Below, piece after piece: positions 6,467-14,249 of a stretch of 18,925 nt of DNA. Made by a program: the position numbers and the translations under genes. The notes below the pieces were generated by a model, which was given only the letters and a program-made list of their open reading frames with translations, ran no database searches and was not told where the DNA came from. Origin of the DNA: Kiritimatiellia bacterium (GTDB lineage Bacteria > Verrucomicrobiota > Kiritimatiellia > UBA8416 > SLMC01); the NCBI GenBank assembly GCA_007133745.1, contig SLMC01000317.1, forward strand, positions 1 to 18,925, in the 5' to 3' direction. How positions within the stretch are numbered: position 1 is the first letter of the stretch; the number at the start of each line of letters is the position of its first letter.

Positions 6467-8188
6467 ATGCGATACGCGATCGTTTCAGACATTCATGCCA
6501 ACCGTCAGGCGTGGGAGGAAACGCTCAACGACATCCTGAAATGGAACGTGGACGCCACCATTTGCCTGGGAGACATTGTCGGCTACGGGCCCATGCCGGA
6601 ACCGGTTCTGGAAAGCGTCTGCGAATACGTGGACGATATCGTGATCGGGAATCACGATGCCGTCATAGGCGGTCGTTCTTCGCCGGAGCTTTTCGGCGCG
6701 CACGCCCTGAAGTCTCTGGAATGGACCCGGTCCCGACTGGACGACGCCTCCATACGGTTTCTGGGCGATTTGCCGTCCCTGATCGAGGGCGACGGATTCG
6801 CCTTGGCTCATGCCGAGGTGTTGGACCCCGAAATGTTCGGATATATCGAGAATCCGACCGACGCCCGCTTGAACTTCGAAAGCAACGCCTATCCGCTTAT
6901 CTTCGTAGGGCATACCCATTACCCGGAAATTTACGCGCTGGATACCGTCAGCAATGCCGTGCAGCGGATTCCGCCACAGGATTTCGCCATGGCGGACGAA
7001 CACCGCTATCTGGTCAATGTGGGGTCGGTGGGCGATCCGCGCGACGGAACGCGCGAAGCCAGTTACTGCATTTTCGACGATGAATCCCGTTCGATCGTCT
7101 TTCGCAAGCTGCTGTTCGATTTGGACGGCTACAGAGCCGACATGGCGGATCGCAAGGTCGATTACAAACCCTATTTCATCATGGCCGCCGCGCATCCCGG
7201 CGCGCGACCGCCTCCGAAAGACTGGGCCATGGAGATGCCGCCCCGGTCGCTCGATGAAGACAAAAAACCGGTCAAGATCATTCATGTTTCGCAATCGTCG
7301 GGCGGGATGAACGCGCGGCAGGAAGCCCAGGCCGAAGCGGAACGTTACAAGCGTCGGCAGGTGTCGGAAGCCCTGAAGCAGGCCAGAGAAACGGACGAGA
7401 CGCGGCGCCTGGCGCAGGCCGAGGCCGCGCGCGAAGCCTTGCGCAAGCGTCAATTGGCGATGGAAGCGGCCCGGCAAAAGAAGGAGGAAGAGCGGCGCAT
7501 AAGCGAAGAAGAGGCTCGCCGCAGAAACAGGGAACTCCTGCTGATTTCCAGGGAACGGGATGAAGAACGGCAGAGAATACAGGAAGCGCATGCCGAACGT
7601 CTGAGACAGGCTCTCGAAGAAAGAGCGGAGGCCGCTCGCAAGAGAGCGGAAGTTCTGCGCTGGAAGGCGGAACAGGAACGCCAGGAACGCGACAAACGCT
7701 TGCATCGGCGCAAGCTGGAACTGGCCCGCGCCGCCGAAGAACGGCGCAGGCTGCGCGAGGCCGAACGTGAAGCCGAAGCCGCCGAAATTCGCGAAAAACT
7801 GCGAAACAAAAAGAAGTTGGCCACCCAAATCGCGCCGGAAAGACGGACGAAAATGCCGGAGCCGTCAGCCGTTTCGGCGCCGCCGTCGGCTCGGCCTGTC
7901 GCGGCGCCTCCTTCGTTGCACGAGACGCGTGAAATTGTTTTCAAACCCGGAACATCGCCGCAAAAAACGGAGGCGCCGCAGCCCGGGGCGCCGGTCGACG
8001 ATTCGCCTCGTCCGCACGATGCGATCGACGCGATGCGAACGCTTAAGGATGCCGATCCCGAAGAGCGGCGCGCGGCCATTGCCCGGCTTGCCGCCGAAAA
8101 ACAGCGTCAGCGCCGCGAAGAAGACGCGGCTCGCAAGCAAAAGGCCCGCGAGGCCATCCGAAAAAAGCAGGCCGCCGCCCGCAAATAA
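6467..8188 (+). CDS. Calcineurin-like metallophosphoesterase fused to an ER/K-rich charged helical region and a Pro-rich tail
   Basis: Metallophosphoesterase motifs are present (DIHAN, GDIVGYGP, GNHD, GHTHY). About 190 aa of E/R/K/A-rich sequence follows, typical of a single alpha helix or coiled coil, then a P/A/S-rich tail. The start is taken at ATG 6467 (MRYAIVSDIHAN). Confidence 0.7.
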   Translation: MRYAIVSDIHANRQAWEETLNDILKWNVDATICLGDIVGYGPMPEPVLESVCEYVDDIVIGNHDAVIGGRSSPELFGAHALKSLEWTRSRLDDASIRFLGDLPSLIEGDGFALAHAEVLDPEMFGYIENPTDARLNFESNAYPLIFVGHTHYPEIYALDTVSNAVQRIPPQDFAMADEHRYLVNVGSVGDPRDGTREASYCIFDDESRSIVFRKLLFDLDGYRADMADRKVDYKPYFIMAAAHPGARPPPKDWAMEMPPRSLDEDKKPVKIIHVSQSSGGMNARQEAQAEAERYKRRQVSEALKQARETDETRRLAQAEAAREALRKRQLAMEAARQKKEEERRISEEEARRRNRELLLISRERDEERQRIQEAHAERLRQALEERAEAARKRAEVLRWKAEQERQERDKRLHRRKLELARAAEERRRLREAEREAEAAEIREKLRNKKKLATQIAPERRTKMPEPSAVSAPPSARPVAAPPSLHETREIVFKPGTSPQKTEAPQPGAPVDDSPRPHDAIDAMRTLKDADPEERRAAIARLAAEKQRQRREEDAARKQKAREAIRKKQAAARK

Positions 8189-8238
8189 TGAAAGAAGAGC
8201 TTGTGTTTCGAGAAAAACAGGCTAGCATGTCGGTTTTG

Positions 8239-8398
8239 CATGGAATGATGGAACGTTGGAATAATGACGGAACGGGAAATGGCCTCTCTCGGAAATCCAG
8301 CATCGCACGGTGCGAAAGGCAGGCGGAAGACAAAGAACCGACCACTGGCTGTCGAGGGCGTGCAACATTCCAATCCTTCGCTATTCCCAAATTCCATA
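8239..8398. repeat. Composite GGAAT-repeat inverted-repeat element, copy 2: left arm 8239-8282, right arm 8363-8398, near-central palindrome CGCACGGTGCG 8304-8314
   Basis: Left arm is ATGGAATgaTGGAACgTTGGAATaaTGAcGGAACgGGAAAtGG. The right arm reverse complement is TATGGAATtTGGGAATagcGAAGGATTGGAATG. It lies between the phosphoesterase stop and the 8439 gene start. Confidence 0.75.
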
Positions 8399-8438
8399 CG
8401 TCATTGGATGGCTGTGACGGCATAAAAGGGAGAGACCT

Positions 8439-10058
8439 ATGAACGACAAAGATGATTCGAACGATTTCATGAAAGTCCTTTCGGCGTTCCGGGATATCGA
8501 GGCGATGCTTCATGGAGAAGAAGAAACCGTTGCGCTTCCCGTTCGCGACCTGATCGACCTTTTCCCGGAAGACTATATTTCCATGGACGATCCTTCGGCT
8601 GTTCCCGAAGGCAAGGCGACGATTAAGATCGACAATCTGTTTTTCCAGTTGTCCAAGGGCAAGGTGGAGGTCCCTGTTTCCGCGCTGGCTATCGCCTTGC
8701 CGGCGCAATTCATCCGCCCTCAGGCGCTTGAAGACGAACACACCATGATTCGGCTTCCGTTGCAGGCGGTGGTCAAGGCCATTGATCCCGATGTGCTGAA
8801 AGGGAAAATGGCGCCCAAAACCACTCGGCACCAGGCCATGAACATTCCCGACCCTTTTGGTCCGAAATCCGAGCCGAAGCCGGAATCCGCTCCGGCCGTT
8901 CCCGTTCCCCCGGCAGAAGAGATCGCGCCATCGCCGCCGCCCGAGCCGCCTGTCGAAGAGGCGGAACCCGCGCAACCCGAGCGGGAACCGGAATCTGTTT
9001 CCGAACCGTCCCTCGCGCCTGAAGCGACATCGCTTCCCGAGCCGCCAGCGGAGCCGGAACCCGTCGAGGAGGCGGTTGCCGAGTCCGAACCTGTCGCTGC
9101 TGCCGAGCCGCCGCCCGAGCCGTCCGCGGAAGCCGTGACGCCTTCTCCGCTACAGCCGGAGGAGCCGCAGGAAGACGCCTTGGTTTCCGAGTCGGCGATT
9201 TCCGAACCTGCGGAATCCGATCGGGAACCTGAGTCTGCGGCCGAGCCGCCTTTCGAATCGAAACCGGCCGCGCCACCCGCCACGGTTTACGATTCCATTC
9301 GGTCTGTTTTTGCCAGGCCGAAAACCGCTGCGGAAGCGCTGCAAGAGTCCCCGTCCGAGCCGGAAACGCCCGAAGAAGCGTCGCCGGAAGCGCCGGAGCC
9401 CGAGCCGCTCGCATGCGACGAGCCAGACGACTTTGGCGGTGTCAATCTAAACACGGCAACCGTCGAACAATTGATGACTTTGGACGGGGTTACGGATCTT
9501 GTCGCGGAGACCGTTTTGCAATATCGGCGAGAGAATGGCGAATTCAAAAGCATCTTTGAACTGGGCAAGATTCCCCGTGTCGGCCGCAAGACGTTCAGGA
9601 AAATGACGGGCATGCCTTACAGCATGTCGCATCGTCATCGTCGTCTCAAACTGGCCGGCTTGCTGAACATGCCGCCCGAATCGATCGGGCGTTTGTCGGC
9701 CATTGCGCAGCGGTTGGCATCGCGTCCGGGCTTTTCGGGTTGCGTCGTATCCAATGCCGAGGGCTTGGTTCTGGCGGAACATGGCGCATCCGAATATGCG
9801 GAGAAACTTGGCGCGGTCATGCCTCGTCTTGCACGGCAAATCGGGGAGAACGTCGGGCTGCTTGAGATGGGCGCGGTCGAATCCGTGTCTATCTGTTTAA
9901 AGAACCGCATGTTCACGGTTGCCGTGTCGGGGGACATCTGCCTGACGGTAATGCACAAGCGCAACACCTTGACGCGCAGCCAGCTTGTGCTGGTTCGGAA
10001 AACGGCCGAAGAACTGGCCTGGCTGCTGAGTCATCGCGCCTATGTCGGGCGCGGATAG
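8439..10058 (+). CDS. Multidomain protein: unknown N-domain, long acidic Pro/Glu-rich disordered linker, ComEA-type helix-hairpin-helix, C-terminal Roadblock/LC7 (MglB-like) domain
   Basis: The HhH region is GVNLNTATVEQLMTLDGVTDLVAETVLQYRRENGEFKSIFELGKIPRVGRKTF. The C-terminal ~110 aa fit the Roadblock/LC7 pattern (GFSGCVVSNAEGLVLAEHG...MFTVAVSGDICLTVMHKRN). The RBS is AAGGGAGAG. Confidence 0.6.
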   Translation: MNDKDDSNDFMKVLSAFRDIEAMLHGEEETVALPVRDLIDLFPEDYISMDDPSAVPEGKATIKIDNLFFQLSKGKVEVPVSALAIALPAQFIRPQALEDEHTMIRLPLQAVVKAIDPDVLKGKMAPKTTRHQAMNIPDPFGPKSEPKPESAPAVPVPPAEEIAPSPPPEPPVEEAEPAQPEREPESVSEPSLAPEATSLPEPPAEPEPVEEAVAESEPVAAAEPPPEPSAEAVTPSPLQPEEPQEDALVSESAISEPAESDREPESAAEPPFESKPAAPPATVYDSIRSVFARPKTAAEALQESPSEPETPEEASPEAPEPEPLACDEPDDFGGVNLNTATVEQLMTLDGVTDLVAETVLQYRRENGEFKSIFELGKIPRVGRKTFRKMTGMPYSMSHRHRRLKLAGLLNMPPESIGRLSAIAQRLASRPGFSGCVVSNAEGLVLAEHGASEYAEKLGAVMPRLARQIGENVGLLEMGAVESVSICLKNRMFTVAVSGDICLTVMHKRNTLTRSQLVLVRKTAEELAWLLSHRAYVGRG

Positions 10059-10068
10059 GAGGCGATTC

Positions 10069-12021
10069 ATGCTCGATTTGGCCAAGTTCAAGCAGCATCT
10101 GGTGGGTTCCGGAGCTGTTGAAAAAGAACAGCTTGAACGGGCGCAGAAGCACGCGTTCGATCACGGCCTATCGTTGAGCGAGGCGTTGTTGGCTCTGAAC
10201 ATTGTCGGCAGCCGAAAGCTGGGCAAGTGTCTGTCCGAGATATACGGGCTGCCCTACGTCAGCCTTCAGAACCGTCCGCTGTCGCCCGAGGCCCAAACCA
10301 TGCTGTCGGCTCCGTGCGTTGTCCAATGGAAGGCGTTTCCCGTTCATTGCGAGCGCAAGGAGAACATTTTCACGTTGGCGGTTCACGATCCCGATCAGAT
10401 GGTTAAAATCGAGAAGGCGTTCCGGTTTCTTTTGCAACCGGTCGCGCTGGGGTTCGTGATCGTGTCGCGGCCGGAGCTGGACGAGGCGCTGGAAAAGCAT
10501 TACGGGACCGCCGTGGAGCGAATGAGGGCTGCCGACGGCAAGCCGCCGGTCGTCGCCCCGTCCGCCGGCAAAAAGAAGCTCAAGCTGAGCGGTTTGCATC
10601 GGGACGCTCCGTCATCCGCCGCCGTTCCTTCGGACGCCGCGTCTCTTTCCAAGACGGCGGACGCGTCCAAGCCCGATGCGAAGGCGTCGGCTTCGTCCGC
10701 AGCCGCCGCGCCGCGCCCGCTTTCCCGCTATCATCCCGCTGCCGCGCCCGCCCGAAGCGCTGCCGAGCCGCGCCCGTTGTCGTCGGCCGGCGCTGCGCCG
10801 CAGACCGATACGGCGGCGGACAAGCCGGCCGCGACACGCGATGTCGATGTTACGGATATGAGCCGGTCGCTGCTCAATTCCGTTGCCTTGCTGGCGCAAA
10901 CCCGGCTGGGCGGCGATTCCGTCAAAATCCTTCAAGCCAAAACCCGTGTCCGTTATTGCCGACTGCTGGCCGTGCGCTCGAACCTTGCGCCCGACTCCTG
11001 CGATGCCATTGCCATGGCCGCCTGGCTGTCCGTTCTGGACGCTCCCGGCGAGGTGGTTAAACAGCTCGTGACCCCCTATAATCTGGACGCTATTCTGCAA
11101 GCGGACGGCGATGCGCATGCCGCGTTGTTGCCGGAATCCAAAATTCTCGGTCTAGTTCGACGCTACCAGGATTTCAAGGCGAGCGATCCGGATGCGGCAC
11201 GCGACATCAACCGGGTTCGCGACCATTTGCGCGCGCACGAGGCGCCCGATCCCGAGCAGGACGCGTTCATGGAGACGTTTTTGCAGATCCTGATGGACGA
11301 AGAGTTTCTTTCCGAAATGGGCAAGGCCAGCGGGCGCATTCTGATCGTCGATCCTGTCGAGGCCGCTGGCGCGTCGCTGGCGCCGCCTCTGGCCGACGAC
11401 GGCTACGAGGTGGATGTGGTTCCCGACAGCGCTTCAGCCGAAGAACGCGTTTGGACCGAACAGCCCGATGCCGTTTTGGTGTCCATGGATTTGCCGCGAC
11501 AGAGCGGCCTGCGGTTCTGTCAAAAAATGAAACGGGACGAGGCGACGTCGGCAATGCCTCTGATCGCGCTTATTCCGAAGCCGGACGATCAGCTTGCCAC
11601 CGAATGCTTTCGCGCCGGGGTCGAGGACTGTTTCCCGAAACCGGTGGATTTGGAACGGCTTTTTATCAGACTGCATCGAATGATCAAGCCGCCAGCCGTC
11701 CCGGTTGCCGAAGCGGGCGTCAAAGGATCGCTGGCCGACATGAGTTTCACGGACATGATTCAGATTCTTTGCGCCGGCGGCAAAAGCATGGAGATTCTTC
11801 TGGTCAGGGAAGGCGTCAAGGGCTGCGTGCACGTTTCCGAGGGCAATGTCGTTCACGCCGAGGCGGGCGACAAAAAGGGCGAAGCGGCCTTTTACGACAT
11901 CATGCAATGGAAGGATGGCGACTTCACGACCCGGCCCCGAACGGAATTCCCGGAGCGGACCGTTCAAGGGTCGCTGATGGGCCTGCTTATGGAAGGCGCC
12001 CGGCTTTCCGACGAGTCGTAA
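10069..12021 (+). CDS. Signalling protein: GspE/PilB N-terminal (T2SSE_N, MshEN-like) domain, Ala/Pro/Ser linker, helical middle region, response-regulator receiver (REC) and C-terminal PATAN/DUF4388 domain
   Basis: The N-terminus matches T2SSE_N (LSLSEALLALNIVGSRKLGKCLSEIYGLPYVSL...TLAVHDPDQMV). REC is recognised at ILIVDPVE...DAVLVSMDLPRQSG...PLIALIPKPD with a phosphoacceptor-type Asp. DUF4388/PATAN is recognised at DMSFTDMIQILCAGGKSMEILLV...GEAAFYDIMQWKDGDF. A strong RBS TAGGAGG lies 7 nt before ATG 10069. Confidence 0.6.
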   Translation: MLDLAKFKQHLVGSGAVEKEQLERAQKHAFDHGLSLSEALLALNIVGSRKLGKCLSEIYGLPYVSLQNRPLSPEAQTMLSAPCVVQWKAFPVHCERKENIFTLAVHDPDQMVKIEKAFRFLLQPVALGFVIVSRPELDEALEKHYGTAVERMRAADGKPPVVAPSAGKKKLKLSGLHRDAPSSAAVPSDAASLSKTADASKPDAKASASSAAAAPRPLSRYHPAAAPARSAAEPRPLSSAGAAPQTDTAADKPAATRDVDVTDMSRSLLNSVALLAQTRLGGDSVKILQAKTRVRYCRLLAVRSNLAPDSCDAIAMAAWLSVLDAPGEVVKQLVTPYNLDAILQADGDAHAALLPESKILGLVRRYQDFKASDPDAARDINRVRDHLRAHEAPDPEQDAFMETFLQILMDEEFLSEMGKASGRILIVDPVEAAGASLAPPLADDGYEVDVVPDSASAEERVWTEQPDAVLVSMDLPRQSGLRFCQKMKRDEATSAMPLIALIPKPDDQLATECFRAGVEDCFPKPVDLERLFIRLHRMIKPPAVPVAEAGVKGSLADMSFTDMIQILCAGGKSMEILLVREGVKGCVHVSEGNVVHAEAGDKKGEAAFYDIMQWKDGDFTTRPRTEFPERTVQGSLMGLLMEGARLSDES

Positions 12022-12036
12022 GGCAAGCCCCGTGAA

Positions 12037-12062
12037 CGCCGATGTCCGCGTCGGCCTTTCTT
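12037..12062. terminator. Putative bidirectional intrinsic terminator between convergent genes
   Basis: GCCGA-tgtccgcg-TCGGC stem-loop followed by CTTTCTT. It lies between the stop at 12021 (+) and the stop at 12110 (-). Confidence 0.35.
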
Positions 12063-12109
12063 GCGGGGACTGCGATTCGGTGCGGCGAGGGTGACTTTCC
12101 CGTCCGGCG

Positions 12110-12565
12110 CTATGATTCCTGCCGTAATGCGCGCACTTGACGCAGGCACTCCGCATCGGCCTGATGGCGTGCGTCAGGGATCTGTTCCTTCACGGCGAGC
12201 AAACTCTCCAGGTCAATCCAGTTGGTTTCGACGCTTCCGTACCGACCGATATCCCGTTTGTTCCACGCCGTCTCGAAATCGAGGTGGCCAACAGATTGCA
12301 GGATGTCAATGCGGTTTGGCGGAAGGCCAATTTGCAGTATTTGTTCGGTCTTGCCCGGATCAAGAAGATAGGGGCATCCGAATTCTGCAAGCGCGTTGTT
12401 CGCTCGTGCGATGTTGTCGGCGGCGGGATCGATCCAGATGTCCATGTCTTTGGTGAAACGCGGCTTGGCATGGTAAACGAAGGCCATGCCGCCCACAATC
12501 AGGTAGCGGGCATTCTGGCGATGCAAGGCCGAAAGCATATCCTGGAAATCCGCGATACTGTCCAT
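12110..12565 (-). CDS. Nucleotidyltransferase-fold protein (MNT/AbiEii-like), the downstream member of a TA-like pair
   Basis: 151 aa with a GG...DxD-type signature: YLIVGGMAFVYHAKPRFTKDMDIWID. Its start ATG overlaps the upstream stop by 1 nt (TGATGG). A GGGAGGA RBS sits inside the end of the upstream gene. Confidence 0.5.
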   Translation of the reverse strand: MDSIADFQDMLSALHRQNARYLIVGGMAFVYHAKPRFTKDMDIWIDPAADNIARANNALAEFGCPYLLDPGKTEQILQIGLPPNRIDILQSVGHLDFETAWNKRDIGRYGSVETNWIDLESLLAVKEQIPDARHQADAECLRQVRALRQES

Positions 12566-12828
12566 CAGTCGTCCTCCCAATCGAAATCCGTCTTGCCGGC
12601 GTGAATCGCCTTGAGATCGTTGCGCAAGGCCGTCAGGGCGGAGAGCCGTTCCTGCGGCGTTCGGCTTTGCCAAAAACGCAAATCCCAATCGGTGGCTTCC
12701 TGATGGCTGTTCGCGACATGGGCAACCATTCGCCTGCGCCGTTCAAGGGCTTGAGGGGAAAGAGGGACCGTCTCGCTTGGCGCTGTCATCATGGCCTTTC
12801 GTTCGCGTGCGGATCGAGGATCGTCCAA
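12565..12828 (-). CDS. Small basic/acidic protein (75-87 aa), the upstream partner of the nucleotidyltransferase gene
   Basis: ORF translationally coupled to the downstream gene. Possible starts are 12828 or the internal MM at 12792/12789, the latter with a GAAAGG RBS. No recognisable domain, though a short R-x-H patch is present. Confidence 0.4.
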   Translation of the reverse strand: MDDPRSARERKAMMTAPSETVPLSPQALERRRRMVAHVANSHQEATDWDLRFWQSRTPQERLSALTALRNDLKAIHAGKTDFDWEDD

Positions 12829-13264
12829 CGCGTGGGTCCTTTGTCACGGCTGCCTTTACCTCACGCGGGCTGCGCTCGCATTCCAAATTTTAGATTTCAA
12901 ACTTCAAATCCAAATGATGCGACGCAGAAGCGCCGCATTACATGACGAAACAATCTAAGTAAAAGATACAACGGCGCAGAATACGCGTCAATGGAAAAGC
13001 CGTTCCATTTTGACCGCTCACGGTCAGCAGACGACAGGGAGGTTGTCCCTCCAGCATTGGGATGGACTGTTTTTGGGTTGCGGCTTTGCCGCGCGGCGGT
13101 CTTCATGGTCAGTTTTGTTTCTTTCATTTCCGGTTTGACTTTCTCTGCGGCCTGCGCTAGGGTGGCCGCTCTTTTTTCAGGAATCCGTCCCTGCCGCTGT
13201 CTGTTGCCGCGTGCGGGGCGGTCCAAAACATCACGAAGCCATACAACCAAACAAGGAGTTCCTT

Positions 13265-14215
13265 ATGATCGTATCGACCGATGCCCTGTTCAAGCATGCC
13301 TATAAAAATTACGCCGTCGGCGCCTACAACATCAACAATGCCGAGCAGATCATGGGTCTGTTCCGCGGGAATATGGACAGCAAGGCGCCGTTTATCGTTC
13401 AATTGTCCAAGGGCGCGCGGTCCTATACGGACAAGCGGCTGCTGGAAGCCATGATTCGGGCTGCCGACGAGATTTTCCCCGACGCCGTTTTCGCCGTGCA
13501 TCTGGATCACGGCGACGAGGCCGCCTGCATGGATTGCATCGAAAGCGGCTTCTATAGCTCGGTCATGATCGATGCCAGCGGCGAGGAGTTCGACGAGAAC
13601 ATCGCCATTACCAAGCGCGTTGTGGATGCCGCCCACAAGAAGAACGTTTCCGTCGAAGCCGAGCTGGGCAAATTGGGCGGGGTCGAGGAGCATGTGTCGG
13701 TGGACGAGGCCGACGCCAAGCTGACGGACCCGAAACAGGTGCAGGAATTCGTCGAGCGCAGCGGTTGCGATAGTCTGGCTTGCGCGATCGGCACGAGCCA
13801 TGGCGCCTACAAGTTCACGGGATCGCAAGGCCTGCATTTCAATGTGATCGAAGAGATTGTCAAGCTGCTGCCGGGCTTCCCGCTGGTCATGCACGGGTCC
13901 AGCTCGGTGCCGCAGGACGAAGTGGAGCGCATCAACGCGGCCGGCGGCGACCTGAAGGGGGCCAAGGGCGTGGACGAGGACCAGATCAGCAAGGCATCCA
14001 AGATGGGCGTGACCAAGGTCAACATCGACACCGACGGCCGTTTGGTTTGGTGCCGGGTCCACCGCGAGCTTTTCCTCGCGAAACCCGATGTCTTCGATCT
14101 GCGTCCGGCCGGCAAGATATTCATGGACGAGTACGCGAAGTACATCATGCACAAGAACGAGGTGCTCGGCAGCTCCGGGAAGCTGGACGACGTGCGCCAA
14201 GCCGTGCAAGGGTGA
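13265..14215 (+). CDS. fba: Fructose-bisphosphate aldolase, class II
   Basis: 316 aa containing HLDHG, GTSHGAYK and MHGSS motifs typical of class II FBA/tagatose-bisphosphate aldolases. An AAGGAG RBS precedes the ATG. Confidence 0.85.
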   Translation: MIVSTDALFKHAYKNYAVGAYNINNAEQIMGLFRGNMDSKAPFIVQLSKGARSYTDKRLLEAMIRAADEIFPDAVFAVHLDHGDEAACMDCIESGFYSSVMIDASGEEFDENIAITKRVVDAAHKKNVSVEAELGKLGGVEEHVSVDEADAKLTDPKQVQEFVERSGCDSLACAIGTSHGAYKFTGSQGLHFNVIEEIVKLLPGFPLVMHGSSSVPQDEVERINAAGGDLKGAKGVDEDQISKASKMGVTKVNIDTDGRLVWCRVHRELFLAKPDVFDLRPAGKIFMDEYAKYIMHKNEVLGSSGKLDDVRQAVQG

Positions 14216-14249
14216 TTTTTCCGAATCAATACAACAGGAGTGCACTATT

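Noticed and set aside
8188-8442. ORF 8188-8442 (+) and ORF 17528-18034 (-), which both encode 'MMExWNND' peptides.
   Set aside because: The shared peptide is simply the translation of the conserved GGAATGATGGAA..TTGGAATAATGA repeat arm. There is no RBS or coding periodicity, and the ORFs span intergenic repeat elements. They are treated as DNA-level repeats, not genes.
10069-10200. MshEN-type c-di-GMP binding motif in the GspE_N-like domain.
   Set aside because: The hydrophobic/Gly pattern is only partly matched (KFKQHLVGSGAVEKEQLERAQ), and the leading Arg-Leu-Gly is absent. The claim is downgraded to a testable hypothesis.
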